From a virus: a stretch of DNA of 64,000 bases. The notes under the pieces are model-generated. The model saw nothing but the letters and a program-made list of their open reading frames with translations, was not told the origin of the DNA and ran no database searches. Positions within the stretch are counted from its first letter, which is position 1; every line of letters begins with the position of its first letter. Below, piece by piece: positions 55,102 to 64,000 of the stretch. The stretch lies in IMG/VR virus record IMGVR_UViG_2974791491_000001, positions 5,026 to 69,025 of that record; one strand, written 5' to 3'. A program made the translations under genes and the position numbers.

Positions 55102-55434
55102 TTGACTGAGCCGAACGATTACACCGAGCATTACGGCTATACCCTCGTCGCTGAGGTTGAAGCGTACGAATGCTATAGCTGGGACAATGCGGGGGTCTTC
55201 TACGATCCCGACCACAATGCTTACCGTGTGGCTGCTGATGGCGGTTGTTCGTGTAACTACCCGTGGGATCGGAAGGACACCATTTCTGAGTGCCCGCCTG
55301 TTGGTTTGGCTGAGGCTATTCAGCAGTTCCGTAAGGCCGCTAAGGACCTGTTCCATCCGGCTAGTTACGAAACAATCGAGGAAGAGCTTCGGGGCCTACG
55401 TGCACACGCCAAGAAGGTTGGTGCCCGCCCGTGA
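55102..55434 (+). CDS. hypothetical protein
   Basis: 110 aa. Confidence 0.3.
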   Translation: MTEPNDYTEHYGYTLVAEVEAYECYSWDNAGVFYDPDHNAYRVAADGGCSCNYPWDRKDTISECPPVGLAEAIQQFRKAAKDLFHPASYETIEEELRGLRAHAKKVGARP

Positions 55435-55649
55435 CCCATCTCGAAACTAAGGCCACCTACAACGATCCCGATGGCGAGTTCGAGGATGACCTCCGCTTGG
55501 AGCTGCTTAACAAGTATCTCCTGCAAGGATACGACTCTACCCAACTCTACTTCGAGGATTTCACCGGCCATTTCATCAATGGCGTGTTTACGCGGACTGA
55601 TAACCCGGAGTCTGGGTTCACGGTCATTAAGGTGTCGCTGATCCCATGA
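55431..55649 (+). CDS. hypothetical protein
   Basis: 72 aa, GTGA overlap. Confidence 0.3.
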   Translation: MTHLETKATYNDPDGEFEDDLRLELLNKYLLQGYDSTQLYFEDFTGHFINGVFTRTDNPESGFTVIKVSLIP

Positions 55650-56362
55650 AGCCTGTAACACCTAAGGTCCAGCTCGTCGGTCTCACTGAGGCGTTCATTC
55701 CTGACATCATGGAACCGGACGACCGCGAGGTTTCGCACTTCCATCCTCAGCACTTGATGGAGTTTGCCGGCCGAAACTGCTACCAGTCATTCCACAAGCC
55801 CAACGAGGCAACCCAGTCCAATCGGGACTACATCACCAACATTCTCAAGCAGAAACACTACTCCGTGCTTGAGCATGCTTCGGCGTCGTTCTATCTGACT
55901 GGTGTGTCTCGGAACTTCACGCACGAGCTGGTGCGTCACCGGCACATGTCGTTCTCGGAGCTGTCGGGCCGCTACGTCGACCCGGTCATCGCGGAGCTGG
56001 GGTATGTGGTTCCGCCTAACGGCGAGAACGCCGACGGGCTGAGCGAAGTATTCGACAAGGCGAGCTTCGAGTACTCCCACGAGATTGTGGAGCAGGGCAT
56101 CAAGCGCGTACGGGGCAAGAAGGCTCGGGAAGCTGCCCGCGCTGTGCTCCCCGGTTCCCTGGAAACCCGCATCGTTGTAACCGCCAACGTTCGCTCCTGG
56201 ATGGAGTTTGTGTCTAAGCGTGACCATCCGGCCGCTGACGCCGAGATGCAGCGGGTTGCCGCAACGATCTTTGAACAGCTCAGGTTGTACTTCCCGGCTG
56301 TGTTTGAGCAGCGCGAGTTGTGGGACGACCAGTGGTCGCAGGAGGCCCCCAAGAATGTCTAA
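55646..56362 (+). CDS. thyX: FAD-dependent thymidylate synthase ThyX
   Basis: ThyX signature ..LVRHRHMSFSELSGRYV.. (RHRxxSxxxxSxR). Confidence 0.7.
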   Translation: MKPVTPKVQLVGLTEAFIPDIMEPDDREVSHFHPQHLMEFAGRNCYQSFHKPNEATQSNRDYITNILKQKHYSVLEHASASFYLTGVSRNFTHELVRHRHMSFSELSGRYVDPVIAELGYVVPPNGENADGLSEVFDKASFEYSHEIVEQGIKRVRGKKAREAARAVLPGSLETRIVVTANVRSWMEFVSKRDHPAADAEMQRVAATIFEQLRLYFPAVFEQRELWDDQWSQEAPKNV

Positions 56363-56558
56363 CAACATTGCGGCTAAGAAAACCGTTACCGAGGAAGTTC
56401 GGATCGACACGAACAATTTCCTGCTGACTCTGGATGAGGTTGAGGCGTTCGTCAACGAGGCTAAGTCTCGGGACTTTCCCGGCGATAGCACAGTCCACAT
56501 GAGCTGTTTCGGCGGGCAGTATATGTCCGTCCAGCGCGGGAGGGTTTCATCCTTTTGA
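56355..56558 (+). CDS. hypothetical small protein
   Basis: Internal ATG overlapping thyX stop. Confidence 0.3.
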   Translation: MSNNIAAKKTVTEEVRIDTNNFLLTLDEVEAFVNEAKSRDFPGDSTVHMSCFGGQYMSVQRGRVSSF

Positions 56559-56714
56559 GTCAAGCGGACCTAAAGAAGATCGCCGCCCGGTTGGCTGAAC
56601 AGCAGCTAGAAGCCACCGAGTTTTGTTGGGTCTACGAGGATGAAGAATGCGAAGACCTCGACTACGAAGACCAGGTGGCAATCTTCCACATGATTATGGC
56701 GGCGCGGGTGCAAA

Positions 56715-57979
<1,265 letters not shown>

Positions 57980-57990
57980 CTAGGAGTCAT

Positions 57991-58227
57991 ATGGGTAATA
58001 CAACGTTGCTGTCTCAGCCGGGTTGCGGGTCATGCGTGTTCGTCAAGCGGGCATTCAGTGAGAAGAACGTCCCGCTTGAGGTCGTGAACATTCGGGTTGA
58101 TGCTGATGCGTTCGGATGGATGCAGGAGCGTGAGCTTAAGAGCACCCCGGTTCTCATTTACGAGGACGGCACGTTCACGCAGAACACTGAGGAGATGTAC
58201 CAGTACGCGGAAGCCAATAAGCAGTGA
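57991..58227 (+). CDS. nrdH: NrdH-like glutaredoxin
   Basis: 78 aa thioredoxin fold with CGSC redox motif, adjacent to nrdF. Confidence 0.5.
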   Translation: MGNTTLLSQPGCGSCVFVKRAFSEKNVPLEVVNIRVDADAFGWMQERELKSTPVLIYEDGTFTQNTEEMYQYAEANKQ

Positions 58228-58427
58228 CCGCGTGCGTTGTCGGCCAAAAGCTCGATAACGACGACAAGGCCGCACTCCCCGAACTGTTGAAGCGCTACAA
58301 GCGCAATTTCCTACACGCCACCCTCGTGCGGGCTAACGGCGGTGTCCAGCCCTTCGGGCTTACCGCTTTCAAGGACCATCTGAACGAAAGGTGCGTGTGC
58401 TATGGGCGTATTGGCAGCGCTGCTTAG
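58224..58427 (+). CDS. hypothetical small protein
   Basis: 67 aa, GTGA overlap. Confidence 0.25.
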   Translation: MTACVVGQKLDNDDKAALPELLKRYKRNFLHATLVRANGGVQPFGLTAFKDHLNERCVCYGRIGSAA

Positions 58428-59544
58428 TCAACCGACTGCACCTGAGCCGGCCCCGGCTCGGGAAACAATCACGGTCGACCAATCGGGCAACTACTCGAAG
58501 TCATTTTATACGGACCCGCATGATGACTTTTACATGCCCGCTAATCGTAAGGAGCTGCACAATGTTCTCGACGTACCTGACGGCTATGCGATTACGGGTG
58601 ACGTCACTTATCGCAATCGTGAGCTTGTCAACGGCGGCAGTGTTACCGCTTTCACCTACAAGTTCCGAGAAGTACCCAAGCCCCTCGACATTGACGACCT
58701 GGCCGAGCGGGTAGCTAAGGCTCCCCCTGCTAACCCCATCCACGGGGCCGGCCCACACTGGTTCGTCTTCCAGGCCGGCGACTTGCAGCTAGGCAAGATC
58801 GCCCGCGACGGCTCTACCGAGCAGATCGTGGAAACCTACATGCAGTCCGTTCGGGCTGCTGTGGTCGAGTACGAAAGCCTGTCCGACGAGTTCGGCGTTT
58901 CCGGCGTCCAGTTGTCCTTCCCTGGCGATTGCATGGAAGGTGTGGTGTCTCAGGGTGGCCGCAACATTTGGCTCACTCAGGAGACGATTACGGAGCAAAC
59001 GCGGATCTTCCGGCGTCTGCTGCTGTGGACGGTCGACCAGTTCGCTCCGATCGCTAACCACGTGTACGTCGATGTGGTCAACGGCAACCACGATGAGGCT
59101 AACCGTCAGGTGAACACGAAGCCTGGCGATGGTTGGGCTACCGAGTGCGCTATCGCCTTGTCGGATGCGATGGAACTTAACCCGGAGGCTTACGGGCACG
59201 TTGAGGTTCGGGTGCCTGATTCGTGGTGCGGTCACATGACTGTGCCGGTTGGGGATTCTCTGGTCACGGTGGCTCACGGTCACCAGTGGCGGCGCGGTAA
59301 AGGCATGGGGTGGTGGGCTGAGCAAGCCCTTAACTTGCAGTCCCCGACTACTTCGGGTGTTTTGCAGCACGGACATATTCACACCTACGAAATCGAGACT
59401 ACGCGGGACCGCACTCGTATTTCGTCGCCCACATTCGATACCGGCTCCGATTGGTTTAGGGAGATTCACGGTGGCGATTCTAAGCTGGGCGGTTTGGTGT
59501 ACCTGTTGCGGTCCAATGAGATATCGAGAGTGAGTTTGGTATGA
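58402..59544 (+). CDS. calcineurin-like metallophosphoesterase
   Basis: ..FPGDCMEG.., ..VVNGNHDEA.., ..VAHGHQW.. metallophosphatase motifs (GD / GNHD/E / GH). Confidence 0.5.
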   Translation: MGVLAALLSQPTAPEPAPARETITVDQSGNYSKSFYTDPHDDFYMPANRKELHNVLDVPDGYAITGDVTYRNRELVNGGSVTAFTYKFREVPKPLDIDDLAERVAKAPPANPIHGAGPHWFVFQAGDLQLGKIARDGSTEQIVETYMQSVRAAVVEYESLSDEFGVSGVQLSFPGDCMEGVVSQGGRNIWLTQETITEQTRIFRRLLLWTVDQFAPIANHVYVDVVNGNHDEANRQVNTKPGDGWATECAIALSDAMELNPEAYGHVEVRVPDSWCGHMTVPVGDSLVTVAHGHQWRRGKGMGWWAEQALNLQSPTTSGVLQHGHIHTYEIETTRDRTRISSPTFDTGSDWFREIHGGDSKLGGLVYLLRSNEISRVSLV

Positions 59545-59783
59545 GTAGGAACGTTCGTAAGCCTGTAGTTGCCGATGAGCCTCTTGCGGCTAAGATCCTC
59601 GCGGGGATTCTTGTCGGCCTGTTCGTTATCGCGCTATTTGTTGGTGCGTTTGCGCTTCAAGTGTGGCTTATCATGCTGATTGTTGGCGCTCTCGGCTATG
59701 CGGTCGGGTTCTTCAAGGTTGCGTTGATTATGCTGCTGGTCAATCTTGCTTTGTCGGCTCTGGGTACTGCGGGTCGCCGTTGA
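59541..59783 (+). CDS. small membrane protein
   Basis: 80 aa, two hydrophobic helices. Confidence 0.35.
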   Translation: MSRNVRKPVVADEPLAAKILAGILVGLFVIALFVGAFALQVWLIMLIVGALGYAVGFFKVALIMLLVNLALSALGTAGRR

Positions 59784-60046
59784 GGTATCGCAAGAAGCCT
59801 GTCGAGGTTGACGCGCAACAGTGGAATGGTCGCAACTATCTGACGGTCGACAATTTCACCGAGGGCCAGTTCCTTAAAGCCAACAATGACGACCCCGATA
59901 AGGGGCCGACCGCCCATGTCTACGACAGGCTGCACGCGAGTTGGGTTGGGGTTATGACCGGCGACTTCATTATCCGGGGAATCCAAGGCGAATACTACCC
60001 GTGTAACGCGGACGTCTTCGAGGAGACCTACGAGGTGGTTCCGTGA
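59780..60046 (+). CDS. hypothetical protein (TTG start overlapping upstream stop)
   Basis: Track ORF 59663 would overlap the membrane protein gene; in-frame TTGA junction. Confidence 0.3.
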   Translation: MRYRKKPVEVDAQQWNGRNYLTVDNFTEGQFLKANNDDPDKGPTAHVYDRLHASWVGVMTGDFIIRGIQGEYYPCNADVFEETYEVVP

Positions 60047-60306
60047 TCTGCACACTCAACGTTGTTGATGACTCCGAGCTAACGCCAGACGGTAACGGCA
60101 GGTACTCGACAGTTGTGCCCATCGACGGCAGGCTAGCCGCAGAACTGTTTGAGTTCCCGGACGCCCCCCTGATGGCTTTCGAGATGGTCGGAAACCTACG
60201 GCACGTGTACATGCTGGATACCTTCATGGTGTTCAAAGATGAGGCCCACGTCGCTCAGATGCGGGTAACGTTTAAGCGGTTCCTTAGCGGGGAGGTTTCC
60301 CCATGA
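60043..60306 (+). CDS. hypothetical protein
   Basis: 87 aa. Confidence 0.3.
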   Translation: MICTLNVVDDSELTPDGNGRYSTVVPIDGRLAAELFEFPDAPLMAFEMVGNLRHVYMLDTFMVFKDEAHVAQMRVTFKRFLSGEVSP

Positions 60307-61025
60307 GGATCATTCTGTGTCGCGGCATCGGCGAACCTGCCAGCTCCCCCATGCTGCGCACCGTCACCACCGAGATATTGAAGCTCGGTTATGTGCCCGA
60401 GGTTGTCAACCTGCCGTGGAAGGCCCAATACGGGCCGGTCCCCGATCCGCTGGGCGATGACTTCCACGATGCGCTGGCCCACGGTAAGGAGCTGCTGCGC
60501 CGGGAGCTGGACCTGGGGCCGGCTGTGGTCCTCGGCTACTCCGGGGGCGCTCAGCTAGCAGGCGACTTCGTCGTTGACATCGGCCACCACAACTTGCGCG
60601 CGCTTGGCCTGGTCGCAGATCCGGGACAACCTAAGGGCGCTACCGGCAACTACAACCGTTGGGGCATCACCGGGCCGCGTATCCCGTTCGGTACGCCTAC
60701 CGCGTGGATCGCAGACCCCAATGACGGCATCCCCTTGTGTCCCGCTAACTCCCCGCTTAGGACGTTGGCAGATCAGTCGGAGAAGTTCAGCCTGATTGAT
60801 CCTGTCGCTTGGGGGTTTGAACTGTGGCTCAAGCTTGTGCGCGGCGACTTCCAGAAGGTTGATGCCTTCAAGCAGTTCACCGAGGGTGAATGGTGGGAAA
60901 CTGCCGACTTGCTGCACGGCTACGTTTTCGGCCGGGACCACACGAGCTATGGCACCCGTATTGATCCGCGTACCGGGAACACGTATTCGCGGGATCTGGC
61001 TGAGTGGGTGGTGAAGTTCCTGTGA
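60303..61025 (+). CDS. cutinase-fold serine esterase (LysB-like)
   Basis: ..AVVLGYSGGAQLAGDF.. G-Y-S-x-G nucleophile elbow; size and Cys content like cutinase/LysB. Confidence 0.45.
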   Translation: MRIILCRGIGEPASSPMLRTVTTEILKLGYVPEVVNLPWKAQYGPVPDPLGDDFHDALAHGKELLRRELDLGPAVVLGYSGGAQLAGDFVVDIGHHNLRALGLVADPGQPKGATGNYNRWGITGPRIPFGTPTAWIADPNDGIPLCPANSPLRTLADQSEKFSLIDPVAWGFELWLKLVRGDFQKVDAFKQFTEGEWWETADLLHGYVFGRDHTSYGTRIDPRTGNTYSRDLAEWVVKFL

Positions 61026-61166
61026 CGTTCTCTATTCGCCTGTTTGGGCGGGAGCTGCTGTCGTTCTCGTTTAGCGAGCCCGAGGCTGCTAGCGAGGAGG
61101 TCTTGGACCTTAGCTCTGGCACCATGAACTTCGGGTTTGCTTCGCCTATCGAGTTTGAGGATAAGC

Positions 61167-61652
61167 GTGCCAAAACATTCTAAGCCGGTAGAAGTTGACG
61201 ATCGTGGGCTGCCTTATCTGGATCACACGACTATCGAGATATTTGGTGACCGGCAGTCCGGTAAGACAGAGGCTCTGTGCAGGTACGCATTCTTTGACCT
61301 GGTACTTGAGCGGCGGCGTGTGCTGTATGCCGGTTGGACTCACGCGATGGTGCAGGAACGTATTCGGGCTATCTGGGATTACATTCAGTTGTCACCTGAT
61401 GCGGGCGACTGGAAGATGTATAACAGCTCATCGCGGCGCGAAATTTGGAACACTAAGACTGACGCGGTCCTGTTCTTCACGTCCTACAATTCGCCAGGCC
61501 GGCCGATTTGCGTAGACACCTTCCTGATGGATGACGTCAACCTGCTCATCGAGAACAAGGGCCGACAGAAGTATGAGGACATGCTCATTTCTGCCCGCTT
61601 CACGTTGTTGAAGTCAGCTAATCCGAAGTTGGTGGTGACCTCATGCGGCTGA
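61167..61652 (+). CDS. small P-loop NTPase-like protein
   Basis: Walker A IFGDRQSGKTEAL and Walker B-like FLMDDV; GTG start with GAGG RBS. Confidence 0.35.
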   Translation: MPKHSKPVEVDDRGLPYLDHTTIEIFGDRQSGKTEALCRYAFFDLVLERRRVLYAGWTHAMVQERIRAIWDYIQLSPDAGDWKMYNSSSRREIWNTKTDAVLFFTSYNSPGRPICVDTFLMDDVNLLIENKGRQKYEDMLISARFTLLKSANPKLVVTSCG

Positions 61653-62257
61653 TTGTTGGTACTTACCGTAAACGCGCCTACATCGAGCGCGCGCTTAGCT
61701 CCATCGACAAGCATCTTAAGGGCATCACGGATATTGCTTTCGTCGATGACTCCGGGGATGCGGAGCATTCCGAATGGTTGCGTCAGTACGGGCATGTGGT
61801 CGAGACCGGTAAGCGGGGCTACAACGCGGCCATGAACGCCGTGTGTGAGACCGCTCAGGGCCAAGAGTTCATGTTCTGGGAAGAGGACTTCACCATGCTT
61901 GAGCCGGTGAACCTCACCCACATGTCCGAGATCCTGTTTCACCGCCCCTACTTGGCTCAGATCGCGCTACTTCGGGGGCCTTGGTTCGACGTCGAGCACG
62001 AGAACGGCGGGCTACTTGAGGCCCTAGTGGCTAACGGGCACAAGGTCGAGCTGGTCGATGGTGTGCATGAGCAGACCGCAACGTTTACCTGCAACCCGTC
62101 TGTGTGGCGCGGGAGCGTGTCGGCAGCGGGTTGGCCGGCTGGCCGCTGGTCGGAGGAAAGGAAACGCGATGAGCTGCTAAGGCAGGGTTATCGGTTCGGG
62201 TTTATGGAAGGGGTGAAGGTTGACCACGACGGAGAACGTACCGGCCACGACTACTGA
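61643..62257 (+). CDS. glycosyltransferase (GT-A fold, family 2-like)
   Basis: ..LIVGTYRKRAYIERALSSI..IAFVDDSGD.. GT2 N-terminal signature. Confidence 0.5.
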   Translation: MRLIVGTYRKRAYIERALSSIDKHLKGITDIAFVDDSGDAEHSEWLRQYGHVVETGKRGYNAAMNAVCETAQGQEFMFWEEDFTMLEPVNLTHMSEILFHRPYLAQIALLRGPWFDVEHENGGLLEALVANGHKVELVDGVHEQTATFTCNPSVWRGSVSAAGWPAGRWSEERKRDELLRQGYRFGFMEGVKVDHDGERTGHDY

Positions 62258-62549
62258 GCTTGCAGAGCTTAAGGCCGGCCTAGAGGACGGGCACGAGGTT
62301 TGGTCCGCTGGGGACGAGATTGAGCTTGAATCCGGGAACGTCTACAAGTGCGTTAGCCACAAGCAGGTCGATAGTCGCCGCTGGGTTAGCGTCCATTACG
62401 TCATCATGGAATCGCCTACAGGCCGTTTCTATCGCTATGTCGAGGAACAACCCCTGACCGAATACCAGGAAGCGAGCGGTATCGACGTAAGCACGCTTCG
62501 AGAGGTATTCGCTAAGGAGAAAACGATCAGGGTGTGGGTGGAGCGCTGA
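62220..62549 (+). CDS. hypothetical protein
   Basis: 109 aa; overlaps previous gene by 38 nt. Confidence 0.3.
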   Translation: MTTTENVPATTTELAELKAGLEDGHEVWSAGDEIELESGNVYKCVSHKQVDSRRWVSVHYVIMESPTGRFYRYVEEQPLTEYQEASGIDVSTLREVFAKEKTIRVWVER

Positions 62550-63178
62550 TGGAGGTTTGCATCCCTTGGCGGGCAACCCCCGAACGCAAACCGGCATTCG
62601 CGCGGGTAACCGACTTCTGGCTACACCACGACTTCGACCTAATAACCTGCGACAGTGACCGACGGTCCAAATCGTTCTCGATCACCCAAGCCCGAAACAA
62701 GGCTGTAAACGCCTCCAAGGGTGACGTGGTGGTACTTGCTGACGCGGACACCATTGTCGACATTGCGGCCGTCAGGGAGGCAATCAGCACGGTTAAACCG
62801 GGAGAAGTGATCTACCCGTTCGCTACTTACCGGCATATCCCCGGCGATACCGTCTCAGACAGCGACTTGCATGCTGCGCCGGTCGAGCAGGAATACCGCA
62901 ACAGCGTTGGCGGCATCATGGTCACCCTAAAGGACACCTACTGGGAGCTTGGGGGCATGGATGAACGATTCGAGCCTAGGTGGGGCTACGAGGATTCGGC
63001 ATTCAAGCTAGCCGCCGAAACGTTGGGCACTGTCCGACGCCTCCCCGGCACTATCTACTCGTTCAACCATCCGGCCGACCGTGACCTTAGCTACGACAAT
63101 CCAAACCGTCACCGGTTCGACCTGTACCGGGCATGCGCGGGTAAGCCGAATCTGATGCGAGAGTTGGTCAAGCGTTGA
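62534..63178 (+). CDS. glycosyltransferase (GT-A, DxD)
   Basis: ..DVVVLADADTIVD.. DxD motif, 214 aa. Confidence 0.45.
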   Translation: MGGALMEVCIPWRATPERKPAFARVTDFWLHHDFDLITCDSDRRSKSFSITQARNKAVNASKGDVVVLADADTIVDIAAVREAISTVKPGEVIYPFATYRHIPGDTVSDSDLHAAPVEQEYRNSVGGIMVTLKDTYWELGGMDERFEPRWGYEDSAFKLAAETLGTVRRLPGTIYSFNHPADRDLSYDNPNRHRFDLYRACAGKPNLMRELVKR

Positions 63179-63876
63179 CGCTAAGCATTTGCGTACTTGC
63201 GGTGCCAAGTAGGTTGCAGCAGGCTCAAGCCTTGAGCGATCAGCTTGAATCTCACCTACTGATTGATAGCACGTGCCAGGCGTCGACAGCGCATGCCTTA
63301 GCTTGGGAGTGCGCGGCAGAGTATATGGAGGCTGACGATTGGGTTGGCGTAGTTGAGGATGACGCGATACTTGCCGATGGGGCGACCAGGGTCGACATAG
63401 AGGCGATGCTTAACGCCTCCCCTACGGACATTGTGTCCGGCTACCTAGGTCGAGCTAGGCCGGCCGATGCCCAACCCCTCATCGACCAGGCCCTTAAGCA
63501 CGACCCGCATTACCTCGTTACTTACCGGCTACTTCACCACGTGGCAGTGTTCACGCGGGCTAAGCATGCTGCCGATATCGCCAGCTACCTGCGGAAGTAC
63601 TCCAAGTTCCCGTGCGACGAGGCGCTAGGGCTATGGGCTCAATCCGCGGGCCTACCGATCGCCTACAGCGTGCCGTCACAGTTCGACCACATGGACTCCG
63701 AGCCCGTGATCTTAGGCCGCACCGTAACCGGTAACCCCCAAGAGCCACGGATCGCATGGGTGTTTGGAGACCGGGACGACTGGGACCAGGAACGGACACA
63801 GTTGCTCGACCAGCCAACCGTGAACCGGTACGGAAAACGATTCCCTGCCGCGCGGCGTCCAGCACGGCCCGCATAA
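63175..63876 (+). CDS. glycosyltransferase-like protein (DxD)
   Basis: ..WVGVVEDDAILADG.. DxD-like motif, 233 aa. Confidence 0.4.
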   Translation: MTLSICVLAVPSRLQQAQALSDQLESHLLIDSTCQASTAHALAWECAAEYMEADDWVGVVEDDAILADGATRVDIEAMLNASPTDIVSGYLGRARPADAQPLIDQALKHDPHYLVTYRLLHHVAVFTRAKHAADIASYLRKYSKFPCDEALGLWAQSAGLPIAYSVPSQFDHMDSEPVILGRTVTGNPQEPRIAWVFGDRDDWDQERTQLLDQPTVNRYGKRFPAARRPARPA

Positions 63877-64000
63877 CAGCCAAGCTACGGGTAGCGAACA
63901 CGCCGGCCGGGGCATCCACGGGTGCCGGTTCGTACCAGTGAGCGAAATGCTCCCGCTCCGCGCGCTCCCAGTGCTCGGCTACGGCCAGCTCCTCGGCACG

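Overview
This window is most of a temperate-looking, high-GC actinobacteriophage genome (siphovirus layout), apparently from a mycolata-type host (Mycobacterium/Gordonia-like). The host inference rests on Lsr2, two WhiB paralogs, a LysB-like cutinase-fold esterase and a tape measure protein carrying peptidoglycan-hydrolase domains; all of this is inferred from the sequence alone. Almost everything is on the + strand except one leftward cassette at 25.4-27.9 kb.

Layout, left to right:
- 1-25.3 kb: virion structure and lysis. 5'-truncated large terminase, portal, MuF-like, scaffold, major capsid, connectors, major tail, tail assembly chaperones with a canonical -1 slippery site, a 2165-aa tape measure, six to seven minor tail proteins including collagen-like and Gly-rich fibres, a two-gene endolysin (peptidase plus amidase), holin, and a bidirectional terminator.
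- 25.4-27.9 kb: leftward cassette of Lsr2-like protein, two membrane proteins and a small protein, ending in an HTH repressor-like gene. It faces a rightward Cro-like HTH across an operator-like palindrome pair.
- 28.4-29.1 kb: a 720-bp ORF-free region.
- 29-46 kb: rightward early/replication genes. SPFH/band-7 protein, MazG-like, lipoproteins, RecB/Cas4-like exonuclease plus ERF annealase, tandem WhiB, a triple-HTH protein, an HNH domain lacking a start codon, DnaB-like helicase, RusA-like resolvase.
- 46.3-52.7 kb: the most interesting locus. Polynucleotide kinase-phosphatase, an Rnl5-like RNA ligase, a PRPP-synthetase-like plus NAMPT-like pair, and a minimal nucleotidyltransferase.
- 52.7-54.9 kb: six tRNAs (Asn, Trp, Gly, Lys, Leu, Tyr) plus a tRNA-like fragment, immediately downstream of the previous locus.
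- 55-64 kb: nucleotide metabolism (ThyX, NrdF, NrdH), a metallophosphoesterase, a cutinase-like esterase, a P-loop protein and three glycosyltransferases.

I see no integrase and no CRISPR array in the window. The many long minus-strand ORFs under the tape measure and other genes are GC-rich antisense artefacts. All calls come from reading motifs in the six-frame translations; no database searches were run.
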